Shown: positions 23,313 through 35,091 of the stretch, piece after piece | Numbering within the stretch: position 1 is the first letter of the stretch | How the letters are laid out: each line of letters starts with the position of its first letter | Assembly: GCA_023334545.1 (NCBI GenBank) | Contig: JAADVB010000039.1 | Span: 38,063-102,062, forward strand | Direction: 5' to 3' | Source of the DNA: Salisapilia sapeloensis CBS 127946 | Lineage: Eukaryota > Protista > Oomycota | DNA length: 64,000 nt | Translations under genes and position numbers: made by a program | The notes under the pieces: model-generated | Told to the model about the DNA's origin: nothing | What the model saw: the letters and a program-made list of their open reading frames with translations, nothing else | The model's database searches: none

Positions 23313-23555
23313 ATGGAGGGAGATGCGGAGCTATTGGAGCTAGAAGCCGAATACGAGAAGCTCCTGATGCAACAGTCCGCTCTTCAGCATGAACTTGATG
23401 CTAAAATTCACGAAATCCAAAAATTAAAGACGACGTTAAACCGATATCAAGGGTCGACGAAAGCGTCCATAAAGGACAAGAGATGCAAGGCAAAGGAGTG
23501 CAAAAGACAAGACCAAGATACTCTTTGTTCACACTGTCTTCCAGGTCATAAATAA
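23313..23555 (+). CDS. Small coiled-coil protein with a C-terminal Cys cluster
   Basis: 80-codon ORF with heptad pattern ELEAEYEKLLMQQSALQHELDAKIHEIQKLK, then RCKAKEC..LCSHC. No family recognised. Confidence 0.4.
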   Translation: MEGDAELLELEAEYEKLLMQQSALQHELDAKIHEIQKLKTTLNRYQGSTKASIKDKRCKAKECKRQDQDTLCSHCLPGHK

Positions 23556-23682
23556 AAGAGAAAAGAAAGTTGAAAAGAAAAAAAGTAAAGAACTTGACCA
23601 TTGGCGTTTGCTACGGCGTCCCTACTTTCGGATCCACTTTTCCATGCCCAACTCTCCACACGATCGATCCAATCTCTTGGAA

Positions 23683-25116
23683 TCACATGGATCCACCTGG
23701 AGACATGCTCAAGTGGTTTCCATTCGGAGGTGGCATATGCTACCATCGGCATCAGTAATTTACATTATCTCTAGCTAGAGTAGAAATCGTACCTGATACG
23801 CACGCTGCGAAGCATAGCGACGATTCATCGCTTCGTGGTCCTCGGGTTTCGTAAAGTCCGTCAGATTCTCTTCTTGGGGGCTGCGGCCATACCCGTGCTG
23901 ATACCCCTGCGGCATCTGTCCATGCTGCCCGCCGTAGCCATAGCTGCCGTAGCCTGCATACGCGCCATGCTGGTACTGCTGCGGGTAATAACCTCCATAT
24001 CCGTAATAGTTATGGTAACCGTACTGACCAGCATACTGGTTGTAGTACGCGCCAGTGCTATTGACTCGAGCGGCCGCGGACCTGCCCCACGCACATCGCA
24101 CCTTGACGTTCCCGATCATCGCGCCGTTCATCTGGGCAATCGCCATCTCCGCTGACTCGCGCGTGGCATACTGGACGAAGCCACAGCCACGTCCAGGAGG
24201 CACCTTAATGGACAGAATGTCGCCAAAGCCAGCGAAGCGAGATCGGAGGTCTTCCTCCGTCGTGGTGGCTTCCAAGCCTCCGATAAAGACAGTCGTGTTC
24301 ACGCTGTCCTCCTCTACCTGTCCGAACTGTCCTTGCTGCGCCTGACGCTGCTTCGCCTGACGGTCCGTCGCGACACATACGCGCATCGGACGTGAGGAAC
24401 AATAGACACCGTTCATGGTCTGCAATGCCTGATCTGCCTCCTCCTTAACGCCAAAGCGGACAAAGCCAAAGCCCTTGGGCATGCGCGTGACGGGGTCCAT
24501 GACGACTTTCGCGCCACGGACGCTTGGGAATCGAGCCGAAAAGGTGCTCATGAGCAACTCGTCATTGACGTCGGCAGCAAGATCACCGACAAAGATTGAG
24601 TGGTCGTCCGAGGCTTCCGTGCGTCGACCTCCGCCCCAGTTTAATCGGAAACGCTGCATCGTATTGGCTACAGAACGGATGAATGCTTGCGTTTATAAGA
24701 TCAAGGACGGATATATCGTACGGATAGGTTGGCCGTTATACGCTTCAAGGACTTGCTGCGCCACTCGCTGCGTCTGGAACTCGAGGAATCCATATCCGGC
24801 CGGGTATCCCGTCACTTTATCACGGATGATTTTTACTGTCGGTTGTTCCGCTACAAGTAGATAAAACGATGAGCAACTAATTACGTATATAAAAAGTAGA
24901 CATGTATAGCTGCTATATCATCACGATAGTAGGTACGTTCAAAGCGCATGAGCTAGTAAAACGTGGATGGATCGGGGGGATCTCGATAGCCAGTGTAAAG
25001 AAGAGATCAAGAATTGATAACGTACTGCAGTTGGCGAAGAGGGAACTGATGAAGGCTTCGTCCCAGTTCATCTGGACGTCGCCAATCCATAGTGTCTTAA
25101 GGTCCGCCGTCTCCAT
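23683..25116 (-). CDS. Triple-RRM RNA-binding protein of the NAM8/RBP45-47/TRNAU1AP type; multi-exon
   Basis: KTLWIGDVQMNWDE, VKIIRDKVTGYPAGYGFLEF, SIFVGDLAADV..KGFGFVRF, NTTVFIGGL..GRGCGFVQY, and a Tyr/Gly/Gln-rich tail. The last exon and stop are tentative. Confidence 0.9.
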
Positions 25117-25541
25117 GCCGAATAAATGCTACTGAATGTCCCTGCGGTTGGTCCGAAGGAAGAAACGAGCTTTGGAACGTGCTGCCGAGGGTGGCGTTAC
25201 AGTGAAATAGCTGCTACGCCATGTTAAGAACATCATCTTGAAAAGACGGAAGCGCAAACACGACAGACACGACGTTTCGATCGGAAAAACGATAGCTAGA
25301 GGCCTTTTGGACACGGGATAGACTACATTCAATGTGTTACGTTGGTAGATAGACTTTTGTCGTAGACATCAACAGAGGTAGAGCAAGTACTTCAATAGAA
25401 CTTCAAAATTTAAACACGATCAGATGATTTGTCACCTCTTCCGCGAACGATGAGGAGCGTCAGTACCGCTTCCTACCTCTGCTACACGCAGAGCACGGTG
25501 GTTTATTTTTACCTTTTCTATTCCTGTCTCAAGGGCGTATC

Positions 25542-26779
25542 ATGTTTAAGCATGCCATTGATAATCTTTGGGGTCCGTCTTCCGAGTCACGCGGTGACGA
25601 TTTTCCATTGACACCGCAGATGACGTCGAACACGGTTGTGCCGTTCACAGAGGTACGAGACCTTGAGAATGGTGAAGCCAATGGGGATTGTGTGACGGCG
25701 CAGGAAGCTTCTATTCGCCAAGCTTTGGACGCCATTAAACAATCTCAGGCAGGAGAGCGACTCGACAGATCCCTTGAAAAGCAGCTCGATCCCTTTAAAG
25801 CTTTTTTCCAATTGACGCGTCTATACAGGCCGATTGGTCTTGGACATGTCCTACTGTTTCTATACTCTCCTTTTGGTCTCATCCTCATGAGTATCCGTAT
25901 CTTCTTCGTCATACTCCTTGCTCTGATTATCCCGCAGATTCTATCGGAGAAACAAATGGACCGTTGGCTATATCGAATGGTGGCATGCATCACAGGGACG
26001 ATTGTCCGAGTGAATAATCGAGAGAGGTGGGACGAAGATGCTAGTATCATCGTCTCCAATCACATTAGCGAATTTGATGCACTAGCGTTAAGAGCGTTGT
26101 CACCGTGCTACATCCTCGGATACGAGTTCTATAAACGCATCCTTCTCTTCCGACTACTTGGAGACAAAAGTGGACTCATCTACGTCCCATACGCATCTAG
26201 AAGTCAAGGTGGAGAAGCAGGTAGGAACCAACTACGACAGCTCATCACCGATACACTTGCAAAAGGAGACAAGAAGCTCGCTGCCTTCCCAGAAGTAAGT
26301 TTATCATCTCCATGCTTTTGTCGCCGACGCTTAGTGCATCATTTGTAGGGAGGACTGACGAACGGGAGGAATGGACTGCTTCAGTACCATAAATTCCTCT
26401 TTTCACTCGAGAAAAAGGTGCAACCGATAGCTCTACGTGCTTCCGACGGACCATTCGTACGTCTCTTCAATAACTTATGTTGTTACCACCAACTTTAATA
26501 GTAACATGCTGTGAGTAGCCTGTGAATATCAATGATGAGACTAGCACATTCACTGCGAATGTCTTATGGTACTTCTTCGTACCATGGCATACCTTTCGCA
26601 TCGACGTTTTGGCCGCGACGACGATGCAGCCAGAAGAAAACGACCTTGATTTTGCTCAGCGAGTGATGCGCACCACAGCTCAAGCACTTGATCACGAGGC
26701 AACACCGTTCTTGTACAGAGATAAGATCACTCTGACACGGTACTTTAACGGCCTTCCTTCGAAAGGGAGGAAGCGATAA
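25542..26779 (+). CDS. Lysophospholipid acyltransferase-like protein (LPCAT/AUP1-type); 3 exons
   Basis: Transmembrane segment, IIVSNHISEFD (HX4D), AFPE|GGLTNG..LLQYHKFLF, and a final exon ending at TAA 26777-26779. Confidence 0.8.
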
Positions 26780-26829
26780 GTCAAAAACATCGCTTTTGTT
26801 CATACCACTCGTTCATTTATCTCATGAAT

Positions 26830-29310
26830 TTAATCTCCCACTCTGTCGTACGTGCCCGGACCTGGTGTCGGTCCTTTAGCTTGTAGAAGTCGCCACGAGA
26901 CTAGTTTAGAGAACTCAAAGTGATCTCCCATGTGCGCTCGAGGTGGCTTTGGAAAAGTCAAAGTACACTTTTCAGGATAAATAGGACTTTGAGCCTCCGA
27001 GACCTTGGCAGGTGGTAGACGGTCGGCAACAGAAGATCCGAAAGCGACGTTCTCAGGAAACTCTACGGGCTGTATTGCTCCTGCTTCGTGATGATGGGGA
27101 GTAGTGGCAGGTCGTGGTGCTGGCACATTTACGTCCAACACTGGGCGAGGCTTGGCAATGGCCAACGTCCGTCCAAACGCGCTTGCTACCGTCTTTCGCC
27201 TTGGTGGAGCTGTTATCGGTGGTATGGGAGCACAAGACTGTGATCGTACCTGGACAATTGTCGACGGACATCTACTTTCGCTTTCCTTTTTCAATGGAAA
27301 TCTCGCTGCCATACCAAACTTATAACTTGCAGATTGGTTCGACACGGGTGCACTGCGCTTGGCCACCCACGCATCATATCCATGGACATTTGGACGACTT
27401 GGACACATTGACTCGCTTCTTCCATCGCTATTAGCAACGGAGTTCGCTTGCTTTTTGCTTTGTAAAAGACATGCTTGTGCATTATTGTGTGGAGTGCGAT
27501 GTTTTCTGTTCGCGTTTTTCGTTTGAGAAAGAAGATTTCGGCGGAAGAGCTCTTCGCGTGGTATTTTGATCTTATAGGAGCGCATAAAGGAGAGGTATTT
27601 AGCTTCTTTCGACGGAAGATCATTCACATTAATCTCGTTGCGCGACGTGTCCATTTGATTGTCGTGAGTCGATTGTTGATTCCCTTCGGTATCACCATCC
27701 TGATGAGATAAAGTCTCATCGAATAGATGAAGCGATGAAGCGTGGTGATCCAACTCAATTGATTTGGCTGCATATACGAGGACACTGAAATTATCGCTCA
27801 TCGCAATGTGAACTAACGACTCTCTCGTAGGAGTAGTAACCTCTATGGTAGATTGGTGTTCGACGTCATAGGCTTTGACCTTTTGGGTTGACTTTGGCCA
27901 ACGCAGAGAGTATATAGTACTAGTGGCTGGTTTTAAAATGGGTGTTAAGCTGCCTGAAGTACCACCGTCAAGTTTATGACTTTCATTTTGGCCCCAGACA
28001 TACATCGTCCGATCATCCGCAAGCGCTATACAAGAATCTCCTGCAGAGTGTATCGCAGTGACGCGAAAATGGTGCTGAAGAAGGAAGAGCATATCCGTGG
28101 CGGATGTGTTGCTTTCGCCAATGGATTCACATGATTCGGTATTGGCATGACTGGGAGCATTCGAGTCATTTTCGAGATGTACTTCTTGCGGCTCAGAAGT
28201 GTTTGTAGTAGATGCCAAGCCAAGCTGTCCTTCCATTCCTCTCCCCCACGCATACACAGAGCCGTTTCGACCGAAAGCAATCGTATGCCTGCTACCACAT
28301 TGGACGGTGGCAACCGGATTCTGCTCGTTGAAGAACTCTACTCGACGAGGTTTCAATTCGCTTTGGTTACTACCATGACCTAGTTGCCCATCACGACCGT
28401 CTCCCCATAGAAAGAGTTCACCAGTTGAAGCCACTGCCGCACTATGTGACCTACCGGCATGAATATAAAGAATATGAGGTATCGTAGCAGCAGCATATAC
28501 TGTCTGAAACTCGGTCAGCAATGCTCCTGTGAACTTATCGCATTCGTTTCCAACACCCAGTCGTCCATTCATGTTATCTCCAAAAGCGACGACGCGGTTG
28601 CGACCTGATCTTCCACCTGCATTTGGCTGAGATACGATCGTTAATGTATGCCGATCACCACAGCTAATATCAAGGAAGAATACTGTGTCATCGACTTCTT
28701 TCTCACCATCATGCAGAGTAGCAACGGATGTTGATTGCCTCTCTTTCGACGTATAATCTTCGAGAGAGCTAGTTGGAAGTCTAGAATGATGACGCTGAGA
28801 ATCAATAGGATTGACTTCAAGTGCACTAAAGTCTCCCCAATGCATGACCACAGGTATAGGCTGAAATTGGCATTTTTCATTCCCAGTCCCCAATCTACCA
28901 TAAGATCCTCTTCCGAACATGAACAATTCACCGTTTTCAAGTACGAAGCCTCCATGTTGGCTTCCACTCGAAACACGCTTGACTTGTCGCATTGGCGTGA
29001 AGGTTACCGGTCGTGGAAGCCATTGAACGGTTGTGTGCCCAAGTCCAAGTTGGCCGTAATTGTTATGTCCGAACGTATAGCATTGACCGTGGGAGGTAAG
29101 GATGCAAATCCAATCATTCCCACACGAGATATCCGTGATTTCAGAATATAAATGGAGAACCATTTCAGACATGGCGAGATGTGATCGACGAAGTTTCGGC
29201 ACAAGGCCGGGAAGATCACCAACTATTGTAAGCACATATGTGTGACTTGAGGGTCGTAGGATACGCTTCGGCTTAGAAACATTCTCGTCAATATCATCGT
29301 CATCATTCAT
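26830..29310 (-). CDS. RCC1-repeat protein with C-terminal PG-rich (SHIPPO-like) motifs
   Basis: Repeated YTFGHNNYGQLGLG, MFGRGSYGRLG, AFGDNMNGRLGVG, LWGDGRDGQLGHG, AWGRGMEGQLG, VWGQNESHKL; ends GPTPGPGTYDRVGD. Further 5' exons are possible. Confidence 0.85.
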   Translation of the reverse strand: MNDDDDIDENVSKPKRILRPSSHTYVLTIVGDLPGLVPKLRRSHLAMSEMVLHLYSEITDISCGNDWICILTSHGQCYTFGHNNYGQLGLGHTTVQWLPRPVTFTPMRQVKRVSSGSQHGGFVLENGELFMFGRGSYGRLGTGNEKCQFQPIPVVMHWGDFSALEVNPIDSQRHHSRLPTSSLEDYTSKERQSTSVATLHDGEKEVDDTVFFLDISCGDRHTLTIVSQPNAGGRSGRNRVVAFGDNMNGRLGVGNECDKFTGALLTEFQTVYAAATIPHILYIHAGRSHSAAVASTGELFLWGDGRDGQLGHGSNQSELKPRRVEFFNEQNPVATVQCGSRHTIAFGRNGSVYAWGRGMEGQLGLASTTNTSEPQEVHLENDSNAPSHANTESCESIGESNTSATDMLFLLQHHFRVTAIHSAGDSCIALADDRTMYVWGQNESHKLDGGTSGSLTPILKPATSTIYSLRWPKSTQKVKAYDVEHQSTIEVTTPTRESLVHIAMSDNFSVLVYAAKSIELDHHASSLHLFDETLSHQDGDTEGNQQSTHDNQMDTSRNEINVNDLPSKEAKYLSFMRSYKIKIPREELFRRNLLSQTKNANRKHRTPHNNAQACLLQSKKQANSVANSDGRSESMCPSRPNVHGYDAWVAKRSAPVSNQSASYKFGMAARFPLKKESESRCPSTIVQVRSQSCAPIPPITAPPRRKTVASAFGRTLAIAKPRPVLDVNVPAPRPATTPHHHEAGAIQPVEFPENVAFGSSVADRLPPAKVSEAQSPIYPEKCTLTFPKPPRAHMGDHFEFSKLVSWRLLQAKGPTPGPGTYDRVGD

Positions 29311-29771
29311 CCTTCGATGAGCTGCTAATGTAAAAAGTATTTATAGATGGACGATTAGTTCTAGGTAGCTCAGACTTAGGTCACCTACGCCAACGCCACA
29401 GCATCATGTAAGGACTCAACACAGCAACAATCCATTCTCACGATGCCTCGAACACTTCTCACGTGCACATGGACAAGTCCTGGTCCAAATATTCACTCGA
29501 TTAAACGTTTCCTGATTTATACATGAGTAAGAAGCTCGTTCTCTAGTCAGTTTAGCATGCGTACTCCTACAAATGTGTATGAAAAGAATGATTCTCTTGT
29601 TTATGATCCATTACGAGAGATAAATTCTTTTACTCCGTTGCGATGTATTCCTGGAATGCTTAGCGGAAGAAAAATATACAAAAAGTAGCAAAGAGATCAC
29701 ATGATGTTCAGCTATATATGTTGACCGATCCTCCACGTAGACTCTCCAAACGTAGTTGATGCAAGGACGGT

Positions 29772-30212
29772 CTACAGCATGACCACAACTGCTGCTCCTG
29801 CCGCCGTCGCAAGCGCCGCTGAAAACGTGGTCGAAGCCGCTCCATCGCCGGAAGAACCGTCGTCCTTGCTCTCTTCCGGGCACTTGCCCTTGGAAACCTG
29901 CTTTAAGTCCTCGTTACTGCACACAGCGTTCTTCAATCGGCACCCGTTATCGTACGTCTTTCCGTCCGAACCACAGATATAGTCGATCGTTGTTGGGCAT
30001 CGCGACGTGCATCCGCCCGGTTTCACTCCACCATCATTGTCTCCAGCGCTTCCGGTCGTACTGCCACTTCCAGTCATCTCGTCACCGCCCGCGGTACTCT
30101 CGCTCCCGGTCATCCCAGATGACTCCGTCGTGCCACTCGCAGACGCTTCTTGAGCGACGCAGGTCGAAGCGAGCATCGCGATGGCTAGGACAATGACTTG
30201 AAATACTTTCAT
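29772..30212 (-). CDS. Kazal-type serine protease inhibitor, signal peptide, probable GPI anchor
   Basis: Signal peptide MKVFQVIVLAIAMLASTCVA; six-Cys Kazal CTSRCPTTIDYICGSDGKTYDNGCRLKNAVC..KGKC; hydrophobic C-terminus AALATAAGAAVVVML. Confidence 0.92.
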   Translation of the reverse strand: MKVFQVIVLAIAMLASTCVAQEASASGTTESSGMTGSESTAGGDEMTGSGSTTGSAGDNDGGVKPGGCTSRCPTTIDYICGSDGKTYDNGCRLKNAVCSNEDLKQVSKGKCPEESKDDGSSGDGAASTTFSAALATAAGAAVVVML

Positions 30213-30382
30213 TCTTCTTCACGTAAGGTAGTACTAGCAGTAGTAGGAAATTTGGACTTTAAAAAGCATGCACGTCGACTATTTTGGACGGATGTTCCGA
30301 TCAGACGACCGAACGGACGAAAGGTACTGTGAAAGGGTATTTGGAGACCTTGTCGGTGGTTTTATTCGAAAGATTGATCCTG

Positions 30383-33189
30383 CTAATACGTCTCTGCCAT
30401 GATATTCACCACGAGGGACGTCCATCCAGCAAATGGATGAACACGTTGGCCATGGCCATAGTCGCCTGTAGCTCGAAAGTTGCCATTGTACTGTTCCCAC
30501 AGGTACCCCGTTCGGTCGTACTCGCGATAGATATTCGAGATCACATTTGTTCGTAGTGCGTTGTAGGCGGCAGCGAATTGGTCTTGATATGGACTATTCG
30601 TCGAAGGCTGGGCGTAGTGGTATAGCGCTTCGAGCGCCAAGTAGTTGCCACAAATCCAGACGGAGCCTCGCCAATACGGTGCATCGCCTGGTGCGTTCTC
30701 TTGCTCATAAAACGTATCAGCAGCTGATAATGACCTCAATCCAAACGGTGTCCAGAGATGGTCCGGAGATGTCAATCGCTTGAGCGAGATTAATAACTCG
30801 GGTGCATCCGGTGGTAAGAGTTTTAGTAGCAGTGGAAACATACTCACATATCCAATGCGCGTGACGTGCTGAAGTGCAATCTATCTGAAAGTTAGTCACA
30901 AGTGTATACAGTTGATCAGCAGGTTCTTACCGTCCTCGAAACGTAAACAGGCTGCATCACGACTTTGCCCTTGCCATCGCCCATCGGGAACATGTACGTC
31001 GGATAAGACGGCGGACAATTGGCTGCTCGCTGGTCGAGTTTATCCGGAGGCGCCGTTACGTCCCTAACTTGCCCTTGAGCATTGCGGCACCGGATGACGG
31101 CGTGGTATTCAATCCTTCCATCTTCACTATGCTCTCCCACATCAAAGAACGCGCCGTACTTGTCGCTCCAATGATACTCGAAAAGTCCATTTAGAAACCG
31201 TTGTCGATCCTTTGTTAACGCCTTTGCCTTGTCCTTCTCATCCACGATCATTGCAAGCTTGCTTAGAATGTCACTCGCTTTGATCATCCAGCACGTGAGA
31301 TCTACATGCATCTCTTCATCACTCACAGATGATGCACGAGGGTAGTCATCTAACCCGGACGACAAGGTGTTGGCAATCAACTTGCCATCATACGGATCTC
31401 GTCCTCGCCATCTGAAACTCGCTCGATCTTTCTCGACCTTTGGTCCTCGCTGGACTTGTGCCATCCAGCGATACCATCGCTCTAGAAACGGCATGACGAT
31501 ATGAACAAACTCTTTCATACTAGCTACATCTTCTGATCGAGCTAGTAGTTTATCTAGAAACAAAAGCAACGTCGGTGGATTTGCATGCTCAACGTGCTGC
31601 ACGAGGAACTCGGATGGCACACGTCGTCGAGACGACTCGCCTCGGATCTGTTCTCGAGCAATATATCCGCTTTCTTCCATGAGTCCAAGCCAATGCGCTA
31701 AAATGTCACGTGAAATGTCTTGGTCGAACATGGAGATACCCATCTGATGGAAACCTTCATCCCAGATGAAGCCTCGGGGGAAGAAGGATCGAGAAGGAAC
31801 GGCTGTAAACAGAGGTCGAGCGTCCGTTTCCACGACTTCCGGGCTCGATGGGTCTCGCTGGACGAGAGACGTGCCGTAAAAGTAGCTGATACCACCCATG
31901 AGCTGACTGAAGGCTGCCTGAGCAAAGGCAATGTGACTGGCATTGAAACGATCTGCCGTCTTGTCATCGACTAAAGACGAGTCCATGGACTTTTCAGACA
32001 AACGAAAGACCTGTTCGAATCGATCGTTGAAAGCTGTCGATCGTTTCATGATTTCTGCGCTCAACAAGTCATGCAACTCGATACCTGCGGTCTCCTTTTG
32101 TCTTTCATCAAATGCAATATCGAACGTAACGTCATTTGGATGGAAATGAGAGATATCAGCGATAAATGTCGCTTGAATCACGAGCAGAGTGCTATCATCT
32201 TCGACGGTGTTGTCTAGCACGATCTTCCGATCTCCTTTCTTATCGTCCTGAACGCTCTGCTTTACTAGTTTCTCTTTGACATTCAATAGATTCGCAGATC
32301 GATAACCAGCGAAACGAAGATCAGGCTTATTAATATGCTGCTTCGTCCGGAGCTGAGTACGAACTTGGAAACTAAATGGGGCATTGCTAAAGTCCACATC
32401 AGATTCGCTTGTCGGTTCTGTACTTTTGAGCACTAGATCCATACACATATCGGTGGTATCATCATCACAAGACGTCGGAGCCATGGGCTCTACTATAGCC
32501 TCCATGTTCGTCTCTTTGATATGACGTCGACATTCATCTTCCAGCTTTTCATCTCCACATTCTAGATCGATGTAGAAGAATAGAGACACCTCAGTCTCCT
32601 TCACGTTTGTCTTTCTCATACGCTTATCTCGTGGCTCGAGATAAGATGGAGCGATTCGAGTCGCCCAACCTTCCAAACCATTTGCATCTTGGTGATGGAG
32701 ACGAGTGTAATACGTTTCCAATTGAACGTGATTGTACTGATCCTCGATTGATTGCCTACCATAGTTTCGACCATCGTGTTGCAACCATCCGTACTTTTGC
32801 AATCGATCTTCTTGACGGCATTCATGACGGAGCTGCGAGATACTGTCGCGGTTTGTGCCCCATAGCAGGCCAGCTGAGACAAAGTACGGGTATGTACGTG
32901 ATCGGATGCCTAGATACAATCCGGAACGATAGGTTCCCCAACGCAAGTCTTTTTTGGAGTTTGCAGCAGTGTACTTCGACAGGGCATCGAAATCGAGCGG
33001 TGGAGGCGGTTGATACGCATCGCGATGGAGCTCTGACACAGGCTCCAACAACTCCCCTGTTGGAAAGATGTACCCGTAGAGGGTATCATTGTCTAAAAAT
33101 GGCGAAGTGGGCAACAATAACGCTATAAGTACGGCCACAATGGCACTCACGATGCTAATGGCTACTGACCGAGCACTCGCCATGGCCAT
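30383..33189 (-). CDS. MOGS: Mannosyl-oligosaccharide glucosidase (glucosidase I, GH63); 2 exons
   Basis: N-terminal anchor; WGTYRSGLYLG, LFTAVPSRSFFPRGFIWDEGFH, TLSSGLDDYPR, YWRGSVWI, YLWEQYN, HPFAGWTSLV..IMAETY*. Confidence 0.96.
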
Positions 33190-34129
33190 GATAGCGATCA
33201 AGATTTTCGTGTCAAATACGAAGATAAAAGTATTGAAGATATCGTTTTATTGCAGATGACAGGTACATCGTATATAACGATCTACAAAGCGGCGAAGTTT
33301 CCACGTCTCGAGCTGTTGAGTTCGTTACTGCATTCGTGGGGTTTACCAGACTTTTGAACAGTTTCTGGACGGTGTTAGTGCAAGCAGATCTCCTCGATGC
33401 AAGTGTATCGTCTGCAGGATTCATCCATCCAGACCAGACACAAGTCGGAATCTCTTTTACCGGAATGGAATGGTTACTCTAGTGGATCACCGATCTACTG
33501 ATGGAAGCTTTCGGTGCTTGGAAAAATTCGATGTTCTGTACGTGGCACAGAGGTATCTTTGTCTCCCAGTTGACGACTACATGTCTTTACAAAAATTCCA
33601 TTGAAGGCCGCAAGAAGCGACAGCAAAAGAAGTGGAAGCCAAAGAGTCGTGACACGTGGGATCTATCGTTAACTGCGTTGGCATTCGCCTCTGCCGAGGA
33701 AGACTCTCTTTATCGTTTCCAATTGCTGCGTTTCAGCTCAGGTGCGCTTATTCTCCCCGTCTAGTCGATCTATTCCAAATCCACGTGTGAAAATCCGTGT
33801 TGGTGGCAGAAAGAAGTCAACTCGTGATGCCAGACCAGGAAGACCATGACGCGGGAAAGTAGTGTTGGATAAACTGCTTGGAGAATATATCGTCCGATCT
33901 CAAGCGAGCTTCGCCTCCAAGTGTTTTTTGATAAAAAAGGGGAGAGACTTTCAGCGACATGCAGCGATCAACCTTAATATAGACAGTATCCCATGCCCAT
34001 TCTTCCATTTCTGTCGACGACGCTTTAGCAGATCATTACGGACGCTTGTTTCGCGTCTTCTTGTTTAACAGCTAGTTCCTAGTTCTGAACTCGACTTGCC
34101 CCCATACGCTTCATTCCAAGCATTTTACC

Positions 34130-35041
34130 ATGCATGCGTTTCATTCCCGTGGCATGTCCCCACGCAGTCCAAGCCCAAGTCGCTCTAGCTCCAGTGCTAG
34201 CAGTGCACATTCAGCCGACCACATGTCACTGCATCACGTCGTGCTCCAGTCGAAGCAGCAGAAGCTGAGCCACCAGCACGAGCGTGTACGTCTAATAGGC
34301 CGTCGTAGCCATGTAGACACCTACTAAATATATATATATATATATCCTTAGCTGTCCAAGCAACGCGCTTTTATAAGACACGAACGCCGAAAGCTTTTGC
34401 TGAAGAATGCGCTGCTCGAGTCAGAACGAGAACGATTTGAAGCGTCTAAAACGTCCGACTGGTTTTGCGCCAACGCGTTTGAAGGGTCCACAGAACGCCG
34501 TGTCACTCTCGATGTCGGCGGTCAGATTTTCGAGGTATCTTCTCGACTCGCATCCAAAGACCCTGGCTCGCTCCTCGCAGCTCTTGCTTCCTCCGATTCG
34601 CCTCTAAATGAAACACAACCTGGCTGCTTTCGTATTCATCGTGACTGGTACTTTTATCTCTACCATCTACCCGTCCGACTGGACTTCTAACTTGCTGCTC
34701 TTAGGTGGCTCTTTCGCTATATCCTCCAGTTCCTCCGCGACGGCGTCTTACCTCAAGACGCATGTCTTCTCCGTCAACTCTATCTAGAATCCAAGTTCTG
34801 GAAACTTGGGTCGTTACAGCAAGCCATCGAAAGCAAGAACCTAGAGCTCCTTCAATCAGCGTCCGACTCGACCGACCCGAAACAAGTGTGGCTGCAGGAC
34901 GCACCAACGTGGTGGGGTACTCGCAAGTCGGATCCGCCACTGAAAGCAACATCCGAGTCGACGGAAGAAGTAGAAGACTGGTGGACCGGGACCAAGTACA
35001 AAGGTGTCGACTACTCACTCTCCGTCGATCAAACGTCCTAA
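34130..35041 (+). CDS. BTB/POZ (potassium-channel tetramerisation-type) protein; 3 exons
   Basis: RVTLDVGGQIF..SLL..FRIHRDW|WLFRYILQFLRDGVLP..LYLESKFWKLGSL; introns after HER and RDW. Confidence 0.82.
34328..34345. repeat. (AT)9 microsatellite in the first intron of the BTB gene
   Basis: ATATATATATATATATAT read directly. Confidence 0.85.
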
Positions 35042-35091
35042 TGCCTTAATCCTATCTGATTTTATCTTGCGTCTCGTTTATTACCAAGTAC

